52,654 nt of DNA from Mobilicoccus sp. (GTDB lineage: Bacteria; Actinomycetota; Actinomycetes; Actinomycetales; Dermatophilaceae), in contig JAUNTP010000001.1 in assembly GCA_030538585.1 (NCBI GenBank), positions 2,380 to 55,033 of the forward strand. Direction: 5' to 3'. The notes under the pieces are model-generated. The model made no database searches. It was not told where the DNA came from and worked only from the letters and a program-made list of their open reading frames with translations. Made by a program: the position numbers and the translations under genes. Each line of letters begins with the position of its first letter. Within the stretch, counting starts at the first letter, position 1. This document shows, piece by piece, positions 29,196-38,649 of this stretch.

Positions 29196-29831
29196 TCAGG
29201 CGCCTTCGTCGGCGGGGTGCAGGTGGCGGTGGACCGCGAGCACCCGGAAGCCCTTCGCGGAGGCGAGCCTGCTGGTGGCGAAGCCGGGCCCGAGGGTGCC
29301 TCCCAGCCAGGCGTGGAGGGAGTCGGCGCCGAGGTTGCGCTGGACGACGAGGTGGGCCGTGCCGCCGGGCACGAGGCGCGGCAGCCAGTGCAGCAACATC
29401 TCGTGCAGCGCCGCCTTGCCGATGCGGATCGGCGGATTGGACCAGATCGCCGAGAACGCGACGTCCGAGGGCACCTGGTCGGGGGTGCAGGTCCGCACCC
29501 CGGTGGCACCGTGACGCGCGGCGTTTCGGGCCGTGAGGTCGAGCGAGCGCTGGTTGACGTCGACGGCCCACACGGTCGCCTCCGGGGCGCGGTGCGCCAG
29601 CTCCAGGGTGACGGGGCCCCAGCCACAGCCGAGGTCGAGGAGGTGCCCGGTCTCAGGGGGGTCGGGCACGCTGCGCAGGAGCACCGAGGTGCCGAGGTCG
29701 AGCCGTTCGGGGCAGAACACCCCGGGGGCGGTCTCGACGGTCACCGTACGACCGACGAGATCGATCGTCAGGTCGCGCCGCTGTCCCGCGCTCGCGGGGT
29801 CGGCGGTGAAGTAGTGGTCCGGGGAGTTCAT
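29196..29831 (-). CDS. Class I SAM-dependent methyltransferase (MTS/RsmC-like)
   Basis: DHYF, GVF..RLDLGT, LDLGCGWG, SNPPIRIGK; TAGGCT -10 upstream. Confidence 0.9.
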   Translation of the reverse strand: MNSPDHYFTADPASAGQRRDLTIDLVGRTVTVETAPGVFCPERLDLGTSVLLRSVPDPPETGHLLDLGCGWGPVTLELAHRAPEATVWAVDVNQRSLDLTARNAARHGATGVRTCTPDQVPSDVAFSAIWSNPPIRIGKAALHEMLLHWLPRLVPGGTAHLVVQRNLGADSLHAWLGGTLGPGFATSRLASAKGFRVLAVHRHLHPADEGA

Positions 29832-29881
29832 CGCCGGTCAGCCTACTCCGGCACCGGCTCGCGGCCGTCGCGTCGTCGGCG

Positions 29882-31987
29882 GTGAGCACCCTCATTCCGT
29901 TCGGCCGTCGACCGATGAGGGAGGGGCACGGCGTCGGCCAGACGCGGTGCCTGCACCGCATCGATACGGAAAGCCGTGAATTGGGCCAGCGCGAGCATGA
30001 CACACCGGGACCGGACACCGCACCGGCCCGACTCGTGCTGTCCCCGAAAGCCGCGCTCGCCGTCGTCGCCCTGATCGGGATTCTCGCCGGGCCGGTGGCC
30101 GCCGCCACCCGGGTGCCGGATACCGGGATGTCCGATCTCGCCGTGTCGCACGCATTGGCGTTCTTCGCGTTCACGGTGGCGTGGTCGCCGATCCAGCGGT
30201 GGCGCGGAGGGCTCCTCCACGTGGCCGGTCTCGTCGCCGTCGTGTCCCTCACCCTCGGGGAACTCCTCGCGGGGCAGAGCGCGTGGCCAGCGCTGAGCAG
30301 CGCTCTGGCCGCGACCGTCACGGGCGGTGTCGCCGGGTGGGTCGTCACCCGCGGACGCACCGACGTCTCCTGGATTCCGCGCGACCCACCCGAGTCGATC
30401 CGGATGCTGTCCGCCGCCGCGCTGGCCTCGCTCGTCGGGTTGTGGCTCGGCGCGTTCCCCGGTGCGCCCTTCGGCGGGTCGGGGCACGTCGGCATGGACC
30501 TCTGGGTCGGGGGACGCGGCTTCGGGGTGCTCGCCGTCACGATGAGCTCGTTCATCCCGCTGTGGTTCAGACCCGATGTCGTCGCCTCCCGCGTCCTGCT
30601 GCCGCGGCTGTTCCCGGCCCTCGTCGTCGTCACCGTCGTCTGCCTCGCGATCCCGTTCGCCCACCCCGAGGTGTCCCTGTCGTGGATCGCGCTGGCCCCG
30701 GCCCTCTGGGCGGGGCTCACGCTGACCCCGCGACGGGTGGCGGCGTTCACCCTCGGCATGGCCCTCGCCCTCTCTTTCGCGCCGTCCCCGCCGATCCATG
30801 AGATCGAGGTCTATCTGCTTCCCGTCGGGCTCGGACGCGACCTGCTCATCGCCTGCGTGACCATCGCGGCCCTGCAGATCTCCGTCATGCGCGAGCAGGC
30901 CGCACGCATGGGCGCCGTGGTGCGCGACCGCGCCGAGGACGAGAGCCGCCAGCACGCGCTGCTCACCGGCATCTCGGATGCGATGAACGACGGCCTCGTC
31001 GTCACCGACGCCGACGGGCGAGTGCTCATGCACAACCGGGCCGCCGAAGACATGCTCGGCGAGCTGCCGGAGCACATCGAGGCCACCGACGCCCCCGACC
31101 CGGACGGGCCCGGAGGGGGCGAGAGCGTCGAACACGGCCACGACCTCGTGCGCGCCGCGCTCCTGCAGCACCGAGACGTCGACCGGGTTCTCCACGCTCT
31201 CGACCTCACCGTCACCCAGCCGCAGCGGCACGTGCGGGTGACGAGCCGGCGCCTCGACGTCGACGGGGACGCCCGCCACGTCCTCATCGTGCGGGACGTC
31301 ACCCGCGAGCACGCCCGCCAGAAGGAGCTCGAATCCTTCGCGGGCACCGTGGCCCACGACCTCAAAGGCCCCCTCACCGGCCTGCGCGGATGGCTCGAGT
31401 TCGCGCGGGAGGAGCTCGCCGAGGGCGACCCCGACGCCGCCGTCATGGCCGTCGGTCGCGCCCGGGAGGCGACCGGCCGCATGACCGCCCTCGTCGAGGA
31501 CATGCTCGCCTACACCGTCACCCAGGACGGCAGCCTGCGGCTCGTGCCCGTCCGGCTGGACGAGGTCGTCACCGACCTCGAGACCCTGTACGAGGGCACC
31601 GGCGCGACGCTGCGGCACGACACCGCCCACACCGTCCACGCCGATCCTGCGCTCGTGCGGCAGCTTCTCGCCAACCTCATCGGCAACAGCATCAAGTACA
31701 CCCGCCCCGGCGAGCCCGCCTACGTCGAGGTCGCGAGCTACGACGGACCACCCGGCTGGGTCGAGATCGAGGTCTCCGACAAAGGACGCGGCCTCCAACC
31801 CGGGGACGAGGAGAAGATCTTCGCCGCGTTCGGGCGCAGCAGCAAGGACGCCGAATCGGTGCAGGGCATCGGCCTGGGCCTGTCGTTGTGCCACGCGATC
31901 GTCACCCGCCACGGCGGGGCCATCGGCGCCGAGAACAACGAGTGGGGCGGCGCCACCTTCATGATGACGCTGCCGGTGAGCTCATGA
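29882..31987 (+). CDS. Multi-TM sensor histidine kinase (membrane domain + PAS-like + HisKA + HATPase)
   Basis: H-box VAHDLKGPL, N-box NLIGNSIKY, G1 SDKGRG, F IFAAF, G2 GIGLGL; true start may be downstream (e.g. TTG 29981). Confidence 0.92.
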   Translation: MSTLIPFGRRPMREGHGVGQTRCLHRIDTESRELGQREHDTPGPDTAPARLVLSPKAALAVVALIGILAGPVAAATRVPDTGMSDLAVSHALAFFAFTVAWSPIQRWRGGLLHVAGLVAVVSLTLGELLAGQSAWPALSSALAATVTGGVAGWVVTRGRTDVSWIPRDPPESIRMLSAAALASLVGLWLGAFPGAPFGGSGHVGMDLWVGGRGFGVLAVTMSSFIPLWFRPDVVASRVLLPRLFPALVVVTVVCLAIPFAHPEVSLSWIALAPALWAGLTLTPRRVAAFTLGMALALSFAPSPPIHEIEVYLLPVGLGRDLLIACVTIAALQISVMREQAARMGAVVRDRAEDESRQHALLTGISDAMNDGLVVTDADGRVLMHNRAAEDMLGELPEHIEATDAPDPDGPGGGESVEHGHDLVRAALLQHRDVDRVLHALDLTVTQPQRHVRVTSRRLDVDGDARHVLIVRDVTREHARQKELESFAGTVAHDLKGPLTGLRGWLEFAREELAEGDPDAAVMAVGRAREATGRMTALVEDMLAYTVTQDGSLRLVPVRLDEVVTDLETLYEGTGATLRHDTAHTVHADPALVRQLLANLIGNSIKYTRPGEPAYVEVASYDGPPGWVEIEVSDKGRGLQPGDEEKIFAAFGRSSKDAESVQGIGLGLSLCHAIVTRHGGAIGAENNEWGGATFMMTLPVSS

Positions 31988-33921
31988 CGCTGCACCCCAC
32001 GCCCGCCCGCCCGCGGTGGCCGGCACTCCTGTTCGTCCTCGTGGCCGGGGTGGCCGCGTGGTACGAGGCAGGCCCCGGGTCACGGGAGGTCGGCATGATC
32101 TGGGTCGTACCCGCCCTCGTCCTCGCCGCCGTCGTCCACCGCCGGGGCTCGCGCGCCCTTCCCGCTCTGGGGGCCGGGGTGAGCACGACCGTCGGTCTGC
32201 TCGCCGCCGGTCAACCACCGGGACTGGCGCTGTGGGTCGCCGCGGTCACCGTGGTCGTCGGCGTCGGAAGCGAAGCGTGGTGGCGATGGTTGCGGGCCCG
32301 CATGGGACTCGACGGCCTCAACCCGCGTGACGTCCTCGTGGCGCTCGCGACGAGCGGGCCGTCCGCGATCCTCCTCATCGTCGCGGGCGGGATTCCCGGC
32401 GTGTCCCCCCTGGACGTGCCCGGGGCGCTGCAGGTGGCCAGCGGGCTCGTCGTCGTCACCCTCGCCCTGCTCCCGGTCCTTGTCCCCGGGCGCCGACATG
32501 TGCGCCCCCGCCTGCGCTCGCTGCTCGTCCTCCTGCCCATCCTCCTGGCCTGCGCGGTGCTGCCCAGCCTCGAGCCCGACGCCGACCTCAGTTGGGTCGT
32601 GCTGGTTCCCGCGCTGTGGGGAGGGTTGGCCCTCAACGCCGCCTGGGGCGGCATCGCCACCCTGCTCCAGGTCAGCCTCGTGACCCTCTTCCGCGAGGCG
32701 TGGGCCGCAGGCCCGCCCACGCCCTGGCAGGCCGCCACCGACACCCTCCTGCTGGCCGCCGCGGCGAGCCTGCTCTTCGTTCTCGTGCTGTACCGCGAAC
32801 ACAACGCCGCGCTCCACGAGGGACTACGCGCCGGCATGCGCGCCCACGCGCGCGAACGGGCGCTGCTCGACGATGTCATCCGATCGATGAACGACGGGCT
32901 CGTCCTCGTGCGCGACGGCGCGGTGGTCTTCGCCAACCCCGCCGCGCGACTGCTCATGGGTGCGCTGCCCGCGGGGGCGCGGTTCGCCGACCGGTTGCGC
33001 GAGCGGTACCGCGACACCGACGGCAACGCCCTCGGCGCGGCGGAACTCACCGTCCTCGACCACCCGCGCCCCGAGCCCGAGACCCTGCGCGTCTCCGCGC
33101 GCAGCGCCCACGGCACGACGAGCCACCTCGAGGTCACGGTGCGGATCATGGAGCCCGACCTCGGCCTCGTCACCCTGGTCGACTCCACTGCGCTGCACGC
33201 TCGGCGCCACGAGCTGACGACGTTCGCCGGACGTGTCGCCGCCGACCTCTCCTCGCCGCTGTCCCGCGTCCGTCGATGGATCGACGTCGCGAACGTCCGA
33301 CTCACCCAGGGCCTGTTGGCCGCCGGTGACGAGGCCCTGGTGCGCGCCGACGTGGCGGGGGATCACATGCGCGGCCTCATCGACGACTACCTCGCCCACA
33401 CCGTCGCCCGCGAAGGCACCCTGCGGCCGGTGCCGACCGACCTCGCCGAGGCACTCGCCGACATCGCCGATCAGGCCCACGACCCGTCGCTGACCCTGGA
33501 CGCCGACCTCACCCACACCGTGCAGGCCGATCCCCAACTGCTCCGCCGCCTGCTCGCGGGTCTCGTCGCCGAGGCGGGCCAGTACCGAGCCGAGGACGAG
33601 CCCCTCACCGTCCACCTGACCAGCACGGACGCCGAGAACGGGTGGGTGTCGGTCCACGTTCACGCCGACGCCGGGGCGGCCTGGGCCGAGGAGGACTCCT
33701 CCATCTTCGGGCGCGAGGACGAGGACTCCGGGCGCGGCGCCCACCTGCGCTACGAGCTGTGCCAGTCCATCGTCGACCGACACGGCGGCGTGCTCGAAAC
33801 TCTGCACGGGCAGGGGGCGGCCCGCTACCGCTTCACCCTGCCCTCCGCGGGGCACGAGGACGACCACGCCGCTGCCCCCACCGGCACCGATAGACCGGTC
33901 GCCACCGCCGCCGCGCGGTAA
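31984..33921 (+). CDS. Paralogous histidine-kinase-like protein lacking catalytic motifs (pseudokinase)
   Basis: ATGA overlap with the upstream kinase; colinear motifs (PALW, MNDGLV, HTVxADP, LCxxIVxRHGG) but the H-box reads VAADLSSPL and the N/G1/G2 boxes are degenerate. Confidence 0.85.
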   Translation: MTLHPTPARPRWPALLFVLVAGVAAWYEAGPGSREVGMIWVVPALVLAAVVHRRGSRALPALGAGVSTTVGLLAAGQPPGLALWVAAVTVVVGVGSEAWWRWLRARMGLDGLNPRDVLVALATSGPSAILLIVAGGIPGVSPLDVPGALQVASGLVVVTLALLPVLVPGRRHVRPRLRSLLVLLPILLACAVLPSLEPDADLSWVVLVPALWGGLALNAAWGGIATLLQVSLVTLFREAWAAGPPTPWQAATDTLLLAAAASLLFVLVLYREHNAALHEGLRAGMRAHARERALLDDVIRSMNDGLVLVRDGAVVFANPAARLLMGALPAGARFADRLRERYRDTDGNALGAAELTVLDHPRPEPETLRVSARSAHGTTSHLEVTVRIMEPDLGLVTLVDSTALHARRHELTTFAGRVAADLSSPLSRVRRWIDVANVRLTQGLLAAGDEALVRADVAGDHMRGLIDDYLAHTVAREGTLRPVPTDLAEALADIADQAHDPSLTLDADLTHTVQADPQLLRRLLAGLVAEAGQYRAEDEPLTVHLTSTDAENGWVSVHVHADAGAAWAEEDSSIFGREDEDSGRGAHLRYELCQSIVDRHGGVLETLHGQGAARYRFTLPSAGHEDDHAAAPTGTDRPVATAAAR

Positions 33922-33965
33922 TCGGCTGGTCCTGGCCGCCATCGTGGTGCGATCCTGGAACGGAT

Positions 33966-35450
33966 ATGACGAACCACGATGAACAGACCACGCAGCGCCA
34001 GGACATCCTCGCCGGCCGCGCGAGCGCGCTGGCCGATAGCGACGACTGGCACCTGCGGGACCCCGACTTCGTCTCCTACGACGGGGACCAACTCGAACGC
34101 GAAGAGCGCGCCGCCATGCGCCGCGTGCAAGGACTCTCGACCGAACTCGAAGACATCACCGAGGTCGAGTACCGCCAGCTCCGCCTGGAGCGGGTCGTGC
34201 TCGTGGGTGTCTGGTCCGAGGGCACCGTCGCCGACGCCGAGAACTCCCTGCGCGAACTCGCCGCGCTCGCCGAGACCGCCGGATCGGCCGTCCTCGCGGG
34301 GGTTCTGCAGCGCCGCAACCGGCCCGACCCCGCCACCTACATCGGCTCCGGCAAGGCCAAGGAGCTCGCCGACATCGTCGCCGCCGAGGGCGCCGACACC
34401 GTCGTCGCCGACGTCGAACTCGCGCCCAACCAGCGCCGCGCCCTCGAAGACGTCGTCAAGGTCAAGGTCATCGACCGCACCGCGCTCATCCTCGACATCT
34501 TTGCCCAGCACGCGAAGAGCCGAGAGGGCAAGGCGCAGGTCGAGCTCGCGCAGCTGCAGTACCTGCTGCCGCGCCTGCGAGGCTGGGGTGAGTCGATGTC
34601 CCGGCAGGCCGGTGGTCAGGTCTCCGGCGGTGCCGGGATGGGCTCGCGCGGCCCCGGTGAGACGAAGATCGAGCTCGACCGGCGCCGCATCAACTCCCGC
34701 ATCGCCAAGCTGCGCCGTGAGATCACCGAGATGAAAACGGTCCGCGACACCAAGCGCGGCGCGCGCCGCGCGAGCCACGTGCCGGCCGTCGCCATCGCCG
34801 GGTACACCAACGCCGGCAAGTCCTCGCTGCTCAACCGTCTCACCGGTGCCGGGGCTCTCGTGGAGAACGCCCTGTTCGCCACCCTGGACCCCACGATCCG
34901 CCGCGCCGAGACCCCCGACGGGCGCGAATACACCCTCGCCGACACGGTCGGGTTCGTGCGGTCGTTGCCGCACGAGCTCGTCGAAGCGTTCCGCTCGACG
35001 CTGGAAGAGGTGGGCGACGCGGACCTGCTCCTGCACGTGGTGGACGGCTCTCACCCCGACCCGCAGGGCCAGATCACCGCGGTCCGTGAGGTGTTCGCCG
35101 ACATCTGGGACGACCCGAACGAGCACCCGAAGGAGGTCGTCGTCGTCAACAAGGCCGACGCCGCCGACCCCGAGATGATCGACCGGCTCCTGCGCGAGGA
35201 GAAGTACGCCATCGCCGTCTCGGCCCGCACGGGCGAGGGGATCGAGGCGCTCCAGCAGCTCGTCGCCGACGAGCTGCCGCGCCAGGACGTCGCCCTCACC
35301 CTCCTCGTGCCGTATGACCGTGGCGACGTCGTGCACCACCTGCACACCGAAGCCGAGGTCCTCACCGAAGAGCATCTCCCGGAGGGCACCCGCCTCGCGG
35401 TCAAGGTCTTCGCCCACGAGGCCGACGCTTACGCGCCGTTCGCCCTCTGA
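33966..35450 (+). CDS. hflX: Ribosome-splitting GTPase HflX
   Basis: LILDIFAQHA, GPGETKIE, GYTNAGKS, FATLDPT, DTVG, NKAD. Confidence 0.97.
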   Translation: MTNHDEQTTQRQDILAGRASALADSDDWHLRDPDFVSYDGDQLEREERAAMRRVQGLSTELEDITEVEYRQLRLERVVLVGVWSEGTVADAENSLRELAALAETAGSAVLAGVLQRRNRPDPATYIGSGKAKELADIVAAEGADTVVADVELAPNQRRALEDVVKVKVIDRTALILDIFAQHAKSREGKAQVELAQLQYLLPRLRGWGESMSRQAGGQVSGGAGMGSRGPGETKIELDRRRINSRIAKLRREITEMKTVRDTKRGARRASHVPAVAIAGYTNAGKSSLLNRLTGAGALVENALFATLDPTIRRAETPDGREYTLADTVGFVRSLPHELVEAFRSTLEEVGDADLLLHVVDGSHPDPQGQITAVREVFADIWDDPNEHPKEVVVVNKADAADPEMIDRLLREEKYAIAVSARTGEGIEALQQLVADELPRQDVALTLLVPYDRGDVVHHLHTEAEVLTEEHLPEGTRLAVKVFAHEADAYAPFAL

Positions 35451-35476
35451 CACCTCACGTCCCTCGATGGCGTGCC

Positions 35477-35522
35477 CGATGGCGCGATTTCGGTCGCGAT
35501 CACGACCGGTTTCGCGCCATCG
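35477..35522. terminator. Hairpin between convergent hflX and deacetylase genes
   Basis: CGATGGCGCGA..CGGTCG / CGACCG..TCGCGCCATCG inverted repeat. Confidence 0.6.
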
Positions 35523-35534
35523 CTCACTCCATCC

Positions 35535-36242
35535 TCAGCGCAACGAGAGCAGCTCGGAGACGGTGACGAACTCGTAGCCCTGGTCGGTGAGGTCGTCGAT
35601 GATCAGGGGGAGCGCCTGCTGCACCTCGGTGCGCCCGCCCCAGGGGTGAAGCAGCACGATCGAGCCCGGCCGCACCTGCTCGACGGTCGACGCCACGACG
35701 TCTCCGGAGGTCTGGGGCTCGTCGCCCCAGGTCTCGACGGCCACGTCCCACATGATCGTGTGCCGGTCGTGCCGTTCCAGCCACCACGGGAGGACGACGA
35801 GCTTCTTGCCGAACGGTGGGCGGAACGTGATCTCGCCCTCGACCCCGGCCTCGCGTAGGGCGGCGTCGGTCGAGGCGACCTCGTCCTCGACGATGGCGGG
35901 GGAGACGGCGACCATCGCCCGGTGACTCCACGTGTGATTGCCGAGCTCGTGGCCCGCCGCCAGGAGGCGCGGCGCCGCCTCAGGACATCTCGCCATCTCC
36001 CCACCGTTGACGTAGAACGTCGCTCGTACCCCGGCCACGGAGTCGAGGACACGGTCGAGGTCCGCGCAGGTGGGGCCGTCGTCGAGTGTGAGGGCGACGA
36101 CCCGCGCGTCGGTCTCCACCCGGGCCGTCAACTCCCCGGCGATCTGCACCGTGCGGGAGTTCATGAGCCGGTAGCCGCCCAGGGCCGCCAAGGCGATGAC
36201 GCCCACGCACACCACCACCGCCGCCACCACTGCCCGCCTCAT
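35535..36242 (-). CDS. Membrane-anchored polysaccharide (peptidoglycan) deacetylase, CE4/NodB family
   Basis: N-terminal hydrophobic anchor; TLDDGP, HELGNHTWSH, FRPPFG, PGSIVLLH. Confidence 0.9.
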   Translation of the reverse strand: MRRAVVAAVVVCVGVIALAALGGYRLMNSRTVQIAGELTARVETDARVVALTLDDGPTCADLDRVLDSVAGVRATFYVNGGEMARCPEAAPRLLAAGHELGNHTWSHRAMVAVSPAIVEDEVASTDAALREAGVEGEITFRPPFGKKLVVLPWWLERHDRHTIMWDVAVETWGDEPQTSGDVVASTVEQVRPGSIVLLHPWGGRTEVQQALPLIIDDLTDQGYEFVTVSELLSLR

Positions 36243-36336
36243 GCCCTCCATGGTGCCCGGTGCGCCCGTTGACGTGCTCGTTGGTGGGTGGGGATGACGG
36301 CAGCGCCGGTGGCCACTCACCCACTAGCCTGGGCCG

Positions 36337-38619
36337 GTGCCTCCCGACGTGAAGACCCTGCTCGCCGCTGCCGTCGACGGCGTCGGAGGGTCGCCGCGGC
36401 CCGGGCAGGAGCAGATGGCGCTCGCCGTCGAGGACGCCGTCGCCGCCGAGGAGCACCTTCTCGTGCAGGCCGGCACCGGCACCGGCAAGTCGCTGGCCTA
36501 CCTCGTTCCCGCCGTCGCCGACGCGGTGAACACGGGCACCCCCGCCATCGTCGCCACCGCCACCCTCGCCCTGCAGGCGCAGATCGTCGACCGCGACATG
36601 CCACGCGTCGCCGACTCCCTCGCCCCGCTGCTCGGCCGCCGCCCCACGTACGCCCTCGTCAAGGGCCGTGCCAACTACGTCTGCCTGCACAAACTCGCCG
36701 GCGGCTTTCCCGACGACGACGGCGCCCTCTTCGGCGCGACCGGCCTCGTCGCCCAAGCCCAGGCGGCGAACGAGGGCGCAGACGGAGACACGAGCTCCCG
36801 CCTCGGCCGCGAGGTCGTGCGCCTACGGGCCTGGGCGGAGGAGACCGAGAGCGGCGACCGCGACGAACTCGTCCCCGGCGTGAGCGAGCGGGCCTGGCGG
36901 CAGGTGTCGGTGTCGGCCCGCGAATGCCTCGGCACCGCCTGCCCGATGCGCGCCGAGTGCTTCGTCGAGATCTCCCGCGAGGCCGCCAAAGACGTCGACG
37001 TCGTCGTCACCAATCACAGCTTCATGGCCATCGACGCCTTCGAGAACCGGGCCATGCTGCCCGACCACCACCTGCTCGTCATCGACGAGGCGCACGAGCT
37101 CGTCGACCGCGTGACGGCCACCGTCACCGACGAGCTGTCGCCCGGCACCGTGACGGCCGCGGCGCGCAAAGCGGCGAAGTACACGGGCACCGACGACCTC
37201 GTCGGGGCGGGGGAGGTGCTCGCGGGGGCGCTCCAGCCCCTGCCGGAGGGTCGTCTCATCAGGCTGCCGGACTCCCTCGGCGATGCGATGGCGATGCTGC
37301 GCACCGACGCCCGCGCCGTGCAGAGCGGCATGAAGGCCGAGGGCAAGGACAAGGGCGAACCCGACGGAGCCCGCGCAGTGGCCAAGGCCGCGGTCGACGA
37401 ACTCGTCGACGTCATCGACCGCATCCTGTCCGAGCGCGCTCTTGACGTCGTCTGGGTCACCCAGAACCCGCAGCGCGGCCCGGTGCTGCGCGTCGCGCCG
37501 ATGAGCGTGGCGATGGAGTTGCGCGACAAGCTGTTCGCGGAGCGCACCGTGGTCCTCACCTCCGCGACCATCGAGCTGGGGGGCACCTTCGACGCCGTCG
37601 CCGGCACCCTCGGACTGCGCGGTGAGGGCGCACCTGCGTGGCAGGGCCTCGACGTCGGGAGCCCGTTCGACTACCCCCGCCAGGCCATCGCGTACGTGGC
37701 GCGCCACCTGCCGCCGCCCGGCCGGGACGGGCCGTCGACCGAGATGTTCGACGAGCTGGAAAGCTTGATGCGCGCCGCCGGCGGGCGCACCCTCGGCCTG
37801 TTCTCCTCGATGCGCGCCGCCCAGGCCGCCACCGAGGAGATGCGCGGCCGGTTCGGCGACGACCTGACGATCCTGTGTCAGGGCGAGGACCAGATCACCA
37901 CGCTCGTGCGGGAGTTCGCCTCGGACGCGTCGACCTGTCTGTTCGGCACGTTGACTCTATGGCAGGGCGTCGATGTGCCGGGTCCGGCGTGCCAGCTCGT
38001 CGTCATCGACCGGATCCCGTTTCCGCGCCCCGACGACCCGCTCGCCTCCGCGCGTACTCAGGAGATCGGGCGACGCGGTGGCAACGGGTTCATGGCGGTC
38101 TCGGCGACCCACGCCGCGCTCCGTCTGGCCCAAGGCGCGGGGCGACTCGTGCGCAGCTCGACCGACAAGGGCGTCGTCGCGTTCCTCGACTCACGGATGA
38201 TGTCGGCCCGGTACGCGGGGTTCCTCCAGGCCAGCCTGCCGCCGTTCTGGCCCACGGACGACCGCGACCTCGTGCTTCGTGCGCTGGAGCGCCTTGACGA
38301 GGACGCCGACGAGGTCGTGCCGCCTGCGCCACCGGCGCCGCGAGGGGTCATCGCGGCGTCGACCGAGCACCCGCCCGCACCGCCGACCTCAGCGGACGGC
38401 GGCGCTGTCGAACAGATCGCGGACGCCGTGAGCACAGGGGCACCGGCCGTGCAGGACACGCGTACGGCCGTCACGGGCGGTCATGCGTGGAGCCGTGAGG
38501 ACGACGACGAGCTCAAGGACGGACGCGATCTGGGCCTCGACGCCGACGAACTCGCCGACCACCTCGGCATTCCGGTCGAGGCGGTGCAATCGCGTCTCAC
38601 CCTGCTCGGGTTGTCATGA
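36337..38619 (+). CDS. dinG: DinG-family ATP-dependent DNA helicase with C-terminal extension
   Basis: RPGQ, QAGTGTGKS, Fe-S Cys (NYVC..ECLGTAC..EC), DEAH, SAT, WQGVD, QGAGRLVR. Confidence 0.92.
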   Translation: MPPDVKTLLAAAVDGVGGSPRPGQEQMALAVEDAVAAEEHLLVQAGTGTGKSLAYLVPAVADAVNTGTPAIVATATLALQAQIVDRDMPRVADSLAPLLGRRPTYALVKGRANYVCLHKLAGGFPDDDGALFGATGLVAQAQAANEGADGDTSSRLGREVVRLRAWAEETESGDRDELVPGVSERAWRQVSVSARECLGTACPMRAECFVEISREAAKDVDVVVTNHSFMAIDAFENRAMLPDHHLLVIDEAHELVDRVTATVTDELSPGTVTAAARKAAKYTGTDDLVGAGEVLAGALQPLPEGRLIRLPDSLGDAMAMLRTDARAVQSGMKAEGKDKGEPDGARAVAKAAVDELVDVIDRILSERALDVVWVTQNPQRGPVLRVAPMSVAMELRDKLFAERTVVLTSATIELGGTFDAVAGTLGLRGEGAPAWQGLDVGSPFDYPRQAIAYVARHLPPPGRDGPSTEMFDELESLMRAAGGRTLGLFSSMRAAQAATEEMRGRFGDDLTILCQGEDQITTLVREFASDASTCLFGTLTLWQGVDVPGPACQLVVIDRIPFPRPDDPLASARTQEIGRRGGNGFMAVSATHAALRLAQGAGRLVRSSTDKGVVAFLDSRMMSARYAGFLQASLPPFWPTDDRDLVLRALERLDEDADEVVPPAPPAPRGVIAASTEHPPAPPTSADGGAVEQIADAVSTGAPAVQDTRTAVTGGHAWSREDDDELKDGRDLGLDADELADHLGIPVEAVQSRLTLLGLS

Positions 38620-38620
38620 G

Positions 38621-38643
38621 CTGTCGGTGGCGTCTGAGAAGGT
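38621..38643 (+). promoter_or_regulatory. Possible PafBC-type promoter of holA
   Basis: CTGTCGGTG-GCGTCTGA-GAAGGT, 6 nt before the GTG; -10 imperfect. Confidence 0.5.
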
Positions 38644-38649
38644 GAGTGC

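Noticed and set aside
20369-33921. Prophage or integrative element covering the accessory block
   Set aside because: No integrase, transposase, att-like direct repeats or obvious compositional shift seen
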